From Ruminiclostridium hungatei (GTDB lineage: Bacteria > Bacillota > Clostridia > Acetivibrionales > DSM-1351): a DNA stretch of 64,000 bases. The stretch lies in contig NZ_MZGX01000013.1 of assembly GCF_002051585.1 (NCBI RefSeq), positions 70,614-134,613 on the forward strand, in the 5' to 3' direction. Below the pieces are notes generated by a model. The model worked only from the letters and a program-made list of their open reading frames with translations, ran no database searches and was not told where the DNA came from. The position numbers were made by a program, and so were the translations under genes. Below are positions 1 to 10,441 of the stretch, in pieces (within the stretch, counting starts at the first letter, position 1; each line of letters opens with the position of its first letter).

Positions 1-327
1 AAAAGCCCAATAAAAATTTCTTCTCATCTTCACTTAACTTCACATATTTTCTATTTCCATCTCCAAGTAAATAGAAAATACACTTAGAAAACCTTGCATA
101 CTTACATGCAAAGTCTATAAAAATTCTTTCTTCTAAAATTGAATCTGTGAAAACATAACCGGGAAACATTGGCCTTAGCTCTTTGCGAATAGATTGTGAA
201 TTCCTGATCACTATCTCAACTTGGGGAACAAATGCCACTGACTCTTCTTTATCAAACAACTTATTTAAAAATTCACAGGCTTTATGTTCTTCTCCTGTTT
301 GCACATGAAATACAAACCAATTGCTCA
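1..327 (-). CDS. NusG/LoaP-family transcription antiterminator, N-terminal (NGN) portion; gene continues beyond window start
   Basis: Reverse strand from ATG at 327 reads MSNWFVFHVQTGEEHKACEFL...FVPQVEIVIRNSQSIRKELRPMFPGYVF, the NusG NGN signature. AAGGAG RBS about 10 nt upstream. Not in the ORF track because it is truncated by the window edge. Confidence 0.5.
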
Positions 328-1101
328 TCTCAAAAAATTCTCCTTCTTAAGATACAGCTTCGCCCTTTCATTTATTTCATACAATAAACTACAAAGCCTT
401 TACTGTATTATCCTTAACGCCAGCTAACGAGCACCGCTACGATTATTGTACGATAAGTGCTTTTAAGAAGCTTAATCCATTACCCATAACGATACATCTG
501 TTTGGTAATTATTTCTTTTTATAGAGTAGCAGAAAATGTTGTATAATGCAACAGTTGCTTGGATATTTTTATCTTTTTTTTAAATGTCTGTAACCCTTAT
601 GCGGCATAATTTTCAAGTACTTTTATTTTTGTTTTAGCATTTATTCATTCATTTTGTAATTATATGGCTTTATATGGAATAATATGGAAAACCCCGTCAA
701 ATATAGATTGTTACAAAGTATGCACACCCTTTCCATATAGCCCCAGTCTCGTGCTTAGGGTTTATCTTCAGACAACCCAGGACAAGATTGTCTCCCGTAT
801 AGAGATACTTGCCCTTGATGTCCTTGAAATTGACAAACTCATTAGCTTTCTGCCTGCCTTCCTACAGCAGCAGCCTCCTTTGTCTTTTGATTTGAAAATC
901 GGATAAAAAGAAATGCGCCGCCTCCAGGGGCAGCGCAGATAATAAGCATGATAACAGATAAAATCAAGTGTCTCTTACCTCCTCCGACTTTTTCCGGATT
1001 TCATCAATCTCCTTAATAATAAAATCAATCCGATAACAACCGCTCCAATTGCCAGCGTTGGAACTACTATATAAACGAACAAAATAAAAAATCCGGTCTC
1101 T

Positions 1102-1565
1102 CTATTCCATTCCAAACTTCTTCACTCTCCCGTCTGAATTTTCATGGATTAATGCGGAAACATCTGCAGGAATTTCTCTATACCTATCTGCTGCATTTGC
1201 AACAGCACTTATACCAATTCCCTTATGAATTCACGCTGACTGCGTCCATTACCTTTACGAAAAGGATGTAATGCATTTATTTCCGAAAAGTAGTACGCCA
1301 GCTTCTTGGAAAACTTTCCTGCTTCAAGATTTCTTAAATAATTATCTTTCTTCAATTTTGCAAATATATCTTCTGCCTGTTCTGCAATAAATTGAACTTT
1401 GCAAAACATATTTTCTTTTGCAATATCAACGGTGCGAATTTTTCCCGCTCAATCGTAAATATCTTGAAATATATACTTATAAATGCTCTGTAAATGCATC
1501 AAATCAAACATTCCTTTTATTGGCTTATCTATCAAGTCTGATATGCGCAGCATAGTCAGCTATAC
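1102..1565 (-). pseudogene. Fic/Doc (Fido) family protein, disrupted
   Basis: The 66-aa ORF 1209..1409 carries the Fic motif HPFRKGNGRSQREF. Upstream the frame reads ...IFQDIYD*AGKIRTVDIAKEN (TGA in place of the conserved Trp). Downstream a +1 frame continues ...IGISAVANAADRYREIPADVSALIHE... So there is a nonsense mutation plus a frameshift. Confidence 0.55.
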
Positions 1566-1596
1566 TTATAGCAATACATAATTCTTAAAAAATTCA

Positions 1597-1965
1597 TCAC
1601 TTATCCAAATCCCAAGTTATTCCGTTCTTGTCAATTACTACTGCATGCAATGTCCCCCAAAAGGATTCACCCAGTTCTATTTCCACATCACCATCATTCT
1701 TCAAGGCATCATATATTTTCTGTATCTCATCTTCCGTTGCAAGCTTCAAAAATATATGGATATTCGGATTGGGTGGTGCTTCTTCCAATTTATCACCAAA
1801 ATACAATACACAATTTTCATTGATACGCAGTTCGGCATGCATTATCTTTTCTGCTTCATCGAACCTCGGAACTATGTTTTTTATCTCACCGCCGAAAATC
1901 TTTCTATAGTATTCAAGATTCTCTTTGCAGTTGTCAATAAATAGGTTTGGTATAATAGTTTTCAT
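1597..1965 (-). CDS. VOC/glyoxalase-bleomycin resistance family protein (PhnB-like)
   Basis: 122 aa from MKTIIPNLFIDNC with AAGGGAG RBS. VOC-like beta-alpha-beta-beta-beta composition. The longer 149-aa ORF start is less likely. Confidence 0.6.
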   Translation of the reverse strand: MKTIIPNLFIDNCKENLEYYRKIFGGEIKNIVPRFDEAEKIMHAELRINENCVLYFGDKLEEAPPNPNIHIFLKLATEDEIQKIYDALKNDGDVEIELGESFWGTLHAVVIDKNGITWDLDK

Positions 1966-2231
1966 ACTTTTCTCCCTTCTGTGACACAGCCGGATTGGAA
2001 TTGACTCAATCATACAACCTGTCCAATCTGGTTTTATGTCAGGCACTCAGCAGCAAAGCTGCCTCCAAAACTTTAATATACTGAATTTCCGCAGTTTATA
2101 TCAAAAGGCATAATCAACAACCTCTGTATCTCTTTTTCATAAACCCGGAAAAACCATTCTATAGCTTTTCCATAATTCTCTTTATTATCAAATTCCCCAT
2201 AAGAAAAGTATTGTATATTTTGCCCTTTATG

Positions 2232-2636
2232 CTATCCATCCTGCGCCTTACTCCTGTCCGGAACTTCAAAGACAGAGCCCGCCCGCTGGTATCCCTGTTT
2301 CTTATAGTACTCATCCACATCAGACATAACATATACGATCTGCTCCGGATAATCGGCATATATGCACTCCATTAATTTCCTCCCTATGTCCCTGCCTCTA
2401 TATTCGGGCCTGACCAGCAAATCACAGACATATACATAAAAACCGGAATCCTCCAAGGAACGCGAATACCCGCACATGACACCGTTCTCATATGCAACGT
2501 AGGTAATGGAGTTTTCCAGAGCCCTCCTGTATCTTTCGGACATATGAGCCTCCGAATAGGTCCAGCCTTCCTCATTTTCTATCATTTCCATTAATTCAGC
2601 TTCATCTTCGGCTTTATTATACAACCTTATTTCCAT
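2232..2636 (-). CDS. GNAT family N-acetyltransferase
   Basis: 134 aa. Acetyl-CoA binding motif region RPEYRGRDIGRKLM (R/Q-x-x-G-x-G/A). Confidence 0.75.
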   Translation of the reverse strand: MEIRLYNKAEDEAELMEMIENEEGWTYSEAHMSERYRRALENSITYVAYENGVMCGYSRSLEDSGFYVYVCDLLVRPEYRGRDIGRKLMECIYADYPEQIVYVMSDVDEYYKKQGYQRAGSVFEVPDRSKAQDG

Positions 2637-2940
2637 CAGGCCACCTCCGTACGAATAATTCTATATGCCGGAATGCCTGCGTGTCAAGCTCCCATGAAAC
2701 ACCGGCCATTACGGCTTTCAAAGATTTTCCTGCTTAAGTATGCCTCAAGCTTTTCTATACTTGAAGCAGATTTGATGATAAAATATTTACTGTTATTGAC
2801 AGCCTTAAGTAAGGTTTCGCAAGTCAGAACCTGCCCAAGGTTCACATTGGCCATTGGCTTGCCTGGGTCTGCCTGTGCAGAAACAGTACGCACAATGTAA
2901 AGCAATATGCGCTTCAATCTTATAATATTTATTACAGGAG

Positions 2941-3867
2941 ATGTTAATTATGAACAGCAGCAAGGCTTTTGACGATGTAATACTTTATCTGGAAAAAATC
3001 ATATCAGACGGCAGTGAAATTGATTATGGCGAAATATCCAAAATTACCATGAGCCCGTCAGCCTTGTTTCAACGCATTTTCATTTTTGTATCGGGAATAA
3101 GCATTTACGATTATGTGAGAAAACGCAGGCTCACCTTAGCAGGACATGAGCTTAAAAACAACGGTATTTCTGTTATAGACGCAGCCGTTAAATTCGGATT
3201 CCAGTCCCATTCTGCGTTTACGCGGGCCTTTAAGGAACAGCATGGAATTACTCCGTCAGAAGCAAAACTTGAAGCTGCAAGACTAAATGACTATCTCCCT
3301 ATCAACTTCTCGGAAATGAGATTTATAGGAGGGAAACGTATAATGGCAGAAATGAAAAGGATTATTTACAAAAAAGCGGACGAACGCTTAATGGTGGGCA
3401 TGCACCGTGAGACCTCTTTTTCAGAGGCAGGCGGTGTGTGGCGGGATTTTTTTCAAAGCGGTGTAATTGAAAAACTCAACCTGCTGTCAAATGTCAAATG
3501 CTGCGGTGACATTGATGAAAATGATGGTATCGGCTTTATGCACAATTTTGTTGATAATCAGAACTTCCACATAATCATAGGCGATTTCGTACAGCCCGGC
3601 ACGGAAATACCTGAAGGGCTGTTTGCCCGGCATGTCCCCCAGGGCTTGACAGCACAGGTTCAGATTGAAGGAAATAATGTTGCGGATATACTTGCATCGG
3701 CATATTTACTGATTACCGAAGCTGTTGAAAAAACCGGAGGAGAGATTGACTATGAAAATTTCTATTGGTGCGAAGTGTATACCCATGAACGTTTTAGCGA
3801 GCCGCTAAACAGAGGCGAAAAGGTAACCATCGATTATGTAATGCCTGTTAAGGCCAGGAATGAGTGA
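2941..3867 (+). CDS. AraC-family transcriptional regulator with C-terminal GyrI-like effector domain
   Basis: N-terminal HTH_AraC: ...YDYVRKRRLTLAGHEL...[28 protein letters not shown]. The C-terminal ~150 aa is GyrI-like. Confidence 0.8.
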   Translation: MLIMNSSKAFDDVILYLEKIISDGSEIDYGEISKITMSPSALFQRIFIFVSGISIYDYVRKRRLTLAGHELKNNGISVIDAAVKFGFQSHSAFTRAFKEQHGITPSEAKLEAARLNDYLPINFSEMRFIGGKRIMAEMKRIIYKKADERLMVGMHRETSFSEAGGVWRDFFQSGVIEKLNLLSNVKCCGDIDENDGIGFMHNFVDNQNFHIIIGDFVQPGTEIPEGLFARHVPQGLTAQVQIEGNNVADILASAYLLITEAVEKTGGEIDYENFYWCEVYTHERFSEPLNRGEKVTIDYVMPVKARNE

Positions 3868-4032
3868 GACAAATACCTCAAGGTCTAAGCATATCCTATG
3901 TGCACATTGAATTTTAAACAAAACATCAAGTGAAAAGGCGGGAGGAACTTTTTAATTCCTCCCGCCATACTATTTCTTCTTTACGGGTTCCAGCAGATGT
4001 CATCTATGAAATGCCCCGCCCCTATAACTTGA

Positions 4033-5127
4033 TTATAAGGTGTCCTCCCAGACTCCGATTTCCTTGAGCCTGCTGATTATGGGAAGGTGCTGGGTGCATT
4101 TCCCTTCGCAAATGCCGCACTCTATGCATTCCTTTACTCCACTTGGAGGTATGCCCCAGTGCCCATTAAGGTTATTGAGCACCTCCTGCTCATTTTTAAG
4201 TATCTTGTTATTATAGGACAGCATATATTTTGATACGGGTATCTTCTTAGGACAGTGCTCGCAATAACGGCAGCCGGTGCACAGCTTATCCATTGAATTG
4301 AACAGCATTCCTTCAATTTCCTTAAGCTTCTTCTCTTCAAGCTTTTTGAGATTGTCGCCTATTTTGCAGTTCTGAACCACCTCTTCAACGCTGCTCATGC
4401 CCGCCAGGACAGTGGTTATCTCATCATGGGAGGCGTTAAATCTCAGGGCGGCGTCCACAACTGTCCTGTCACCGCTGCTTCTGATGAAATCAAAGTAATC
4501 GGCCTTTTGAGGTATCAGACCGCCTCCCAGAGGATTCATCGTGGCAACTCCCAGCCCCTTTTTGTATGCGGCCTGCAAGCCCTTCTGCCTGAATGGAAAG
4601 TTCAGGATATTATAGCCCACTGTCATACCTTCAAAGTCAGCTTCGTTTACTATGGTTTCAATCTCATCTCCATTGCAGTGGGTGGAAAAGACTATATGCT
4701 CTATAAGACCTTCTTCCTTTGCCCTGAGCGCAGTCTCATATGCGCCGCCCTTCACCATTCTGCTTCTGTAGTCATCCATGCTCAGGATACACCATATATG
4801 AAAAAAATTGACCTTTTCAAGATTCATTCTCTTAAGTGATAGTTCAAGCTGTGCTCTGAGCTTCGAGCCGTCCTTCTGGCTGCTCTTGGTTGAGACATAA
4901 AAACCCTTTTCCATGCTTTTAAAGGCATGTCCCATTATCAATTCACTGTTGTCCTCGCAATAATTGGGTGCAGTGTCAAAGTAATTGACTCCAAGCTGTC
5001 TGGCTTTGATAACTATCTCGGCACACTTGTCATAATCATAGCCGTCACCCTGCTTGGAAAACCTCATCCCGCCAAACCCGATAACCGATATGTCCTTACC
5101 GGTTTTACCATACTTTTTGTATTGCAT
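4033..5127 (-). CDS. aldo/keto reductase with C-terminal 4Fe-4S ferredoxin-type cluster domain
   Basis: AKR core (GFGGMRF..., YFDTAPNY). C-terminal Cys clusters CTGCRYCEHCP and CIECGICEGKC. Start moved to MQYKKYG (5127) where GGAGG sits 7 nt upstream. Confidence 0.8.
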   Translation of the reverse strand: MQYKKYGKTGKDISVIGFGGMRFSKQGDGYDYDKCAEIVIKARQLGVNYFDTAPNYCEDNSELIMGHAFKSMEKGFYVSTKSSQKDGSKLRAQLELSLKRMNLEKVNFFHIWCILSMDDYRSRMVKGGAYETALRAKEEGLIEHIVFSTHCNGDEIETIVNEADFEGMTVGYNILNFPFRQKGLQAAYKKGLGVATMNPLGGGLIPQKADYFDFIRSSGDRTVVDAALRFNASHDEITTVLAGMSSVEEVVQNCKIGDNLKKLEEKKLKEIEGMLFNSMDKLCTGCRYCEHCPKKIPVSKYMLSYNNKILKNEQEVLNNLNGHWGIPPSGVKECIECGICEGKCTQHLPIISRLKEIGVWEDTL

Positions 5128-5311
5128 GTTGACCTCCACAAATACTTTAATAATACAATAACTATTGAACAGTAAGCTGCAACAAATACGAAGTTCTCTA
5201 TATGCAATCTAAAGTATACTGCTTATTCTGTTTTATAACAATGTACATTTTTATCTATTTTTATGACTATTTTAACCACTTTTACAAATCAAGCACCAGC
5301 AATCGGAAAAA

Positions 5312-6019
5312 CTACTCCAGTGAAAGTGTATGTCCATTTTCCCTGAGCCATTTCCGCAGGTTTTTATAATTGGGACACAGCTTTTGCACCTGGGCCCAGA
5401 AGTCCGCCGAATGGTTTAATTCCTTCATATGGCAAAGCTCATGAATCACCACATAATCCAGTATTTCAAGGGGTGCCATAATAAGCTTCCAGTTAAAATT
5501 AAGGTTTCCCCTTGAACTGCAGCTTCCCCAGCGGGTTTTCTGCTCACGGACGGTTATCCTTCCGGGCGACACTCCTGCCTGCGGTGCATATAGCCCGATT
5601 CTTTGCTGAAGGACTGTACAAAACTGTTCCACATACCACTTTTTCAAAGCCGCCCGCAAATCCCGCGGGCCGGCGGAGGTGGAGGAATAAACCTCAAGAC
5701 AGCCTTCTCCCAGCCTTACTGCAGGCTTCGTCAGATGTGGGTCCCCAATCCTTCTCATGCTGTAATTCCTGCCCAGATAAGGGAAGCTCTCTCCTTCCGC
5801 ATACAGCCGGGGACTATGCAAGGCTGTATTTGCCGCTTTGAGCTTTTCCAATCTGTCCAGTATCCAGGAGCCTTTTTTCAGGAGCACTTCCTCTATATAT
5901 GCCTCAGATGTCCGCTGTGGCGCAGCCACAGTTATATTTCCTGCCTTGTCCACAGATATTCCGATACTTTTTCTGCCGCTCCGCTTAAGTACATAGCTTA
6001 ATTCGGTGCCTCCCAGCAT
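5312..6019 (-). CDS. YgjP-like metal-dependent hydrolase (DUF45 / M48-like, WLM zincin)
   Basis: HExxH in VIHELCHMKELNHSADFW. Typical DUF45 N-terminus LKRSGRKSIGISVDKAGNITV. Start most likely at MLGG (6019) rather than ORF-track 6163. Confidence 0.7.
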   Translation of the reverse strand: MLGGTELSYVLKRSGRKSIGISVDKAGNITVAAPQRTSEAYIEEVLLKKGSWILDRLEKLKAANTALHSPRLYAEGESFPYLGRNYSMRRIGDPHLTKPAVRLGEGCLEVYSSTSAGPRDLRAALKKWYVEQFCTVLQQRIGLYAPQAGVSPGRITVREQKTRWGSCSSRGNLNFNWKLIMAPLEILDYVVIHELCHMKELNHSADFWAQVQKLCPNYKNLRKWLRENGHTLSLE

Positions 6020-6285
6020 GATGCTGCGTGTTTTGCAATTCTGACCGCCTTGTGTTTTCACTGATTCACCCTCATGATAAATAACCCTTAAACTCCAGGT
6101 CCGGCTGTCCATGTGCTGCCAGACCAATATTTTGATATTAGCAGAGCAAAAAAACAAAGTCAACCTCCGGCAGTGTCAAGCCTGGGAGTATGGCACTCCG
6201 ACAGTCAGGCTGAAAATTTTTTAGCATTTTGAATAAATTCTGAATATAAATATAAAAGGTAGTATTTCCGGGGGTAATTTGATAA

Positions 6286-6906
6286 ATGAATCGGGTTGCA
6301 AAGCTTAAAAGCCAATTGTCAAATAAATTATTGCCTGTTGAAAAACTTGTTAACCTGTTTATATGCTTCCTGGCCTATTCCTTTTCAGGCTGGCTGGCTG
6401 AAACCATATATATGTCCGTTTATCACGGCCATATTGTAAAAAGGGGCTTCCTGATAGGTCCGGTCTGCGCGGTATATGGCATAGGCTCACTTCTGGTTGT
6501 CTTGATACTGGGGCACTTTAAAACCCACCCTTTTTTGCTGTTTTTATGCGCTGCTCTGTTAACCTCAATGGTGGAATTATTGGCAGGAATATTTTTAAGC
6601 AGGTTTGATATCCGTCTTTGGGATTACAGCGGGGATTTTGGAAATATCATGGGTTTCGTCTGTTTCAGGAACACCATCCTATGGGGTATAATGTCCCTCT
6701 TTTTGATATACATGATCCATCCCGTCTTAGGGAGAGTCATCTCCGCAATGCCTGCAAGGCTGAAGGAGGTAGTCTGTTATTCCGCAATGGCCTGCCTGGC
6801 CCTGGATATTTGTGTTTCCGTATATTCCAGCCTTCACGGTGTGAACAATCTGGTGCTCCTGTCACAGGTCCTTGCCAGGGGAATTTCTTTTCGCTGGATG
6901 CCTTAG
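6286..6906 (+). CDS. polytopic membrane protein, 'putative ABC-transporter type IV' (DUF1113/CmpB-like) family
   Basis: About 5-6 TM segments. Family-typical motif AYSFSGWLAETIY. Confidence 0.55.
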   Translation: MNRVAKLKSQLSNKLLPVEKLVNLFICFLAYSFSGWLAETIYMSVYHGHIVKRGFLIGPVCAVYGIGSLLVVLILGHFKTHPFLLFLCAALLTSMVELLAGIFLSRFDIRLWDYSGDFGNIMGFVCFRNTILWGIMSLFLIYMIHPVLGRVISAMPARLKEVVCYSAMACLALDICVSVYSSLHGVNNLVLLSQVLARGISFRWMP

Positions 6907-7512
6907 TACTGTTCTGAGCTTATCAGGTGCTGTCCTTCTGGGATCTGACAGATATATCTCATGATGCTTCCTTACCAGGCCGGTTTCATCACTTAAGCCG
7001 TTCTGCTCCAGGAACCTTTTCATTTCCGCTACAGTCTGAGGCTCAGTGGCATAAGGCCCTTTATGAAGCATCTGAACACAAAGCCCCTCTGTGAAGGTCA
7101 TCAGCTTTGCCCTGGAAGTATCCAGCTCAGGCTTTTTCTTTTTTAAGGCGGACACCGCCCTTTCAAAAACCTCCGGACTGACAAAATCCGGCTGCCTTAT
7201 CATGGAGGTCCACAGCCAGTTTTCCCGCCTGTAAAAATCAAACTCTCCGTCTTCATACCACCAAAGCCCTTCCAGAGGAGGCACCACATAATCAAAATAC
7301 CCCTCCGGCATTTCACCTGTCATTTTGGACATCTTGATGGTAAACGACACCCCGTACAGTATTCCCACCGCCTTCTCATAATCGGGACCGTCGGGGTCAC
7401 CTGTGCCATTGACACATACAAAATTCATGGAAGGCACCTCCAGAAGCCGGGGAGTCTCCTTTGGCATGTAAAGGTCCTTGTACTCCTTCTTGAAATCAAA
7501 TTTTTCAGCCAT
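6862..7512 (-). CDS. GyrI-like small-molecule-binding domain protein
   Basis: 216 aa. Composition and length fit GyrI-like/SOUL-type effector binding proteins. Overlaps the preceding + gene 3' end by about 45 nt. Confidence 0.5.
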   Translation of the reverse strand: MAEKFDFKKEYKDLYMPKETPRLLEVPSMNFVCVNGTGDPDGPDYEKAVGILYGVSFTIKMSKMTGEMPEGYFDYVVPPLEGLWWYEDGEFDFYRRENWLWTSMIRQPDFVSPEVFERAVSALKKKKPELDTSRAKLMTFTEGLCVQMLHKGPYATEPQTVAEMKRFLEQNGLSDETGLVRKHHEIYLSDPRRTAPDKLRTVLRHPAKRNSPGKDL

Positions 7513-7638
7513 ATAATATCATCTCCTTGTCAGACTTTAAACCGGAATTTCATAAAACTGTTTATGCTAATATTATATAGAGCTAAATATGACACATATC
7601 TGTCATATTTTAAACAAATTTTCATCCGCAGGAGTTTG

Positions 7639-7974
7639 CTATTCCCAGTCCTTCCAAATATCCGGCTGGTAACCTACCGTCGCCTTTTTTCCATTTCTCA
7701 CTATGGGTGCACTGAACAGTCCGGGGTTTTTAAAGAGCACTTCCTCAGCAGCCTTGCCCACCCCCAGATTTTTCATATTCAGCCGCTGGTATTCCTTGCT
7801 TTTCTCGTTTATCATGGCTCTTAAGCCCACTGAATTCTTTACGCTTTCAAACTCACCCTTGCTCAGCCCGTATTTATGCAAGTCAACGTACTGGTAGCTG
7901 ATTTTGCGTTCCTTGAAATACCGTTCCGCCTTTTGAGTATCAAAGCCTTTTACGCCAAAAATCTGAATATTCAT
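7639..7974 (-). CDS. ArsC/Spx/MgsR-family thioredoxin-fold protein (YffB-like)
   Basis: MNIQIFGVKGFDTQKAERYFKERKISYQYVDL... is the ArsC-family N-terminus. 4-bp overlap with the upstream GNAT gene. Confidence 0.7.
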   Translation of the reverse strand: MNIQIFGVKGFDTQKAERYFKERKISYQYVDLHKYGLSKGEFESVKNSVGLRAMINEKSKEYQRLNMKNLGVGKAAEEVLFKNPGLFSAPIVRNGKKATVGYQPDIWKDWE

Positions 7975-8522
7975 CTGAACTTCTCTCCCAAGGCTTTCAA
8001 ATTATTTCCCGTAACCCTGTAAACCGTCCACTCGTCCATTGGAACAGCCCCCATGCTTTTGTAAAAATTGATTGACGGCTCATTCCAATCCAGAACCCAC
8101 CATTCCAGCCGTCCGCAGTTTCTTTCCAAGGCCAGCCTTGCCAGGAATGACAGCATGAGTTTTCCCATACCCCTGCCCCTCATCTCGGGTTTTACAAACA
8201 AGTCCTCAAGGTAGATTCCGGCCTGCCCCAGAAAGGTTGAAAAATTATGGAAGAATAAAGCAAAACCCACCGGTTCACCATTGTATTCACCAATAATTAC
8301 TTCCGCCGCCTTCTTTTCGAAAAGAGAATCCTTCAGCAGCTCTTCGGTGGCAACCACCATATCCAGCATTTTCTCATATCTGGCCAGTTCCTTGATAAAT
8401 TCCAGTATGAGAGCAGTATCACCCTCCTGGGCAAAACGAAGTTTAAACCCATCCAGTTCCGTATCAATAAGCCCGTTCATTTTAAGCTCCATTTCTGCTT
8501 CGTGCAAAATGAATTTGCCCAA
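7971..8522 (-). CDS. GNAT family N-acetyltransferase
   Basis: GNAT motif A: VKPEMRGRGMGKLML. Start codon uncertain (8522/8492/8480). Confidence 0.75.
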   Translation of the reverse strand: MGKFILHEAEMELKMNGLIDTELDGFKLRFAQEGDTALILEFIKELARYEKMLDMVVATEELLKDSLFEKKAAEVIIGEYNGEPVGFALFFHNFSTFLGQAGIYLEDLFVKPEMRGRGMGKLMLSFLARLALERNCGRLEWWVLDWNEPSINFYKSMGAVPMDEWTVYRVTGNNLKALGEKFR

Positions 8523-8744
8523 AACAGAAACAAAAATTTCAATGAAATCTTTTATGGGCTTAAATTCAATTTATCGCACGTGCCATTTATTTTTTAGTGC
8601 CTAAAAAATAGGCACTTGTGCATTAGTTTTCCAGAAACCTTCAGTTTCTTTCAAACTAATCACCCTTTCCCGCCTGCGGTTGCTGTGCCCGCCGTAATAA
8701 AAAAATATAGCCTGAAAGACTATATTTATATTTTATAACAATAT

Positions 8745-9386
8745 TTAAAATTTGTAATTGGCATTTAACAAATGCCTGTAAATCAATTCCTTCTCCGACT
8801 GCACCCAGCCGGCCAGTTGGGCCTCTGTGGAGTACATGGCATTTTTGTCCCTATGCACGATTTGTATTCCGTACTCATTTCTTCCAAAGTTTTTTGATTT
8901 TCTCATTACGGTGCCATCATATTTTGAAACATTATTGGCCAGGAAAACACTTATTTCAACTGCGTCATTCACTTCAAAATCTCCGGTGGAATATATGCAC
9001 ATTCCGGAATAGCTAAAGTCCTTTATGCACGCAGGTTCCCTCCTGCTGGAGTCTGCAAGCTTGATCTCCCCCAGAAGGGAAGTGGGGTATCTTTCATATT
9101 GCCTCTTTTCCAGTTCTCTTGCTATATTAACCACATTGTTAGAGCATATTATGTACTTGTCCTCTTTCGGGTTGGCACCTACAACACTTCCTCCGTTTAC
9201 CAGAAGTATTTCACTTTCATCAAGCATTCCGATGAGCACAGGATCTCCCTTAAGCATTTCTGCAACACCATTCTCATTTTCATTGAGCTTCACCGTAAAA
9301 ATTTTGCTGGTGTCTCCGCTTATGTAAGTACAATTAATCGGCTTGAACTTGTTGTAATGCCGTAATACAAGATGTGTCTTATGCAT
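8745..9386 (-). CDS. PilZ-domain protein (YcgR/MotI-like c-di-GMP receptor), tentative
   Basis: 214 aa from MHKTHLV. RR...DFSYSG resembles the PilZ RxxxR / DxSxxG pair but with atypically short spacing. The longer ORF-track start lies in AT-rich low-complexity sequence. Confidence 0.4.
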   Translation of the reverse strand: MHKTHLVLRHYNKFKPINCTYISGDTSKIFTVKLNENENGVAEMLKGDPVLIGMLDESEILLVNGGSVVGANPKEDKYIICSNNVVNIARELEKRQYERYPTSLLGEIKLADSSRREPACIKDFSYSGMCIYSTGDFEVNDAVEISVFLANNVSKYDGTVMRKSKNFGRNEYGIQIVHRDKNAMYSTEAQLAGWVQSEKELIYRHLLNANYKF

Positions 9387-9679
9387 GTTACCACCTGAAT
9401 CGTTTATTTTAAATAACGTATCTTGTAAAGCAAAATTTAAAAAGAAAATTTTAAGTAAAGCAGGAAAAAGTATTACCTGAATATAGGTATAAATATAAAA
9501 TAGTCCTACAATAAAGAATAACATAATATATATGGTGCAACAACCCTGAATAGCATAATTTTGCATGGAAATTTAGTATATTATGCATTTTATGTAAAGA
9601 TTCTTAAACTTATGTAATGTTGAAAGCAAGATAACATTCATGTAAAATTAACATTAATTCATACTCGATGGGGGCAGCA

Positions 9680-10414
9680 ATGAATATACATAATTTTGAA
9701 AAAGCCTGTGAAAAGGTGATGAACTCCCAGCACCGCCGGGAGGGTATCGGAACACTGGGGGAGAAAACCCTCCACGCTGTTTTAAAACATTATTTCGAAC
9801 CGGATGAGACCTGTCATGAAAAAAGGGTGGGCTCTTTTTATGCGGATATTCTCAACAGTAACGGAATTACAGAAATACAAACCCGGCAGTGGAACAAGCT
9901 GCGCCAAAAGCTTAAAGCCTTTCTTCCAGACAATGAAGTAACACTGGTATACCCGGTGGCATATACCAAATATCTGCTGTGGATCAGTGAAGAAACCGGC
10001 GAAATCAGCAAAAGAAGGCTGTCTCCCAAAAAAGGCTCTGCCTATGATATTTTCCCCGAATTATACCGGATAAAAAATTTTCTGGAGGATGAAAACCTCC
10101 ATTTGTGTATAGTTTATGTGGACATTGAAGAATACCGGCTTCTCAACGGCTGGAGCACCGACAAGAAAAAAGGGTCCTGGAGGCACGACAGGATACCGAA
10201 GGGCTTGCAAAACATTATTTATATCCGCAATAAAAAAGACTACTCCCTGCTGATACCCGGAACACTTCCCGCACAGTTTACAAGCAGGGATTATTCCAAG
10301 GCTGCAGGGCTTAGTCTGTCAAATGCCCAAACTGCTCTGAATGTTCTGAATTACGTGAATGCCGTGGGCCGTGTGGGAAAAAAAGGCAAGCTGTTTATCT
10401 ATGAAAGAACATAG
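9680..10414 (+). CDS. hypothetical protein, possible PD-(D/E)xK-fold nuclease
   Basis: Start at MNIHNF with GGGGG RBS. Segment FYADIL...GITEIQTRQWNK has a D...E-x-Q/K arrangement. No firm family match. Confidence 0.5.
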   Translation: MNIHNFEKACEKVMNSQHRREGIGTLGEKTLHAVLKHYFEPDETCHEKRVGSFYADILNSNGITEIQTRQWNKLRQKLKAFLPDNEVTLVYPVAYTKYLLWISEETGEISKRRLSPKKGSAYDIFPELYRIKNFLEDENLHLCIVYVDIEEYRLLNGWSTDKKKGSWRHDRIPKGLQNIIYIRNKKDYSLLIPGTLPAQFTSRDYSKAAGLSLSNAQTALNVLNYVNAVGRVGKKGKLFIYERT

Positions 10415-10441
10415 GAACAGGCGTATCCGCAGCTTTGCTAT

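Noticed and set aside
664-906. 80-aa plus-strand ORF in AT-rich intergenic region
   Set aside because: No RBS and low-complexity composition. It lies between a promoter-like AT tract and the Fic pseudogene, so it is most likely spurious.
4426-4839. 137-aa ORF antisense to the aldo/keto reductase
   Set aside because: Fully embedded antisense to a well-supported CDS with no independent signals.
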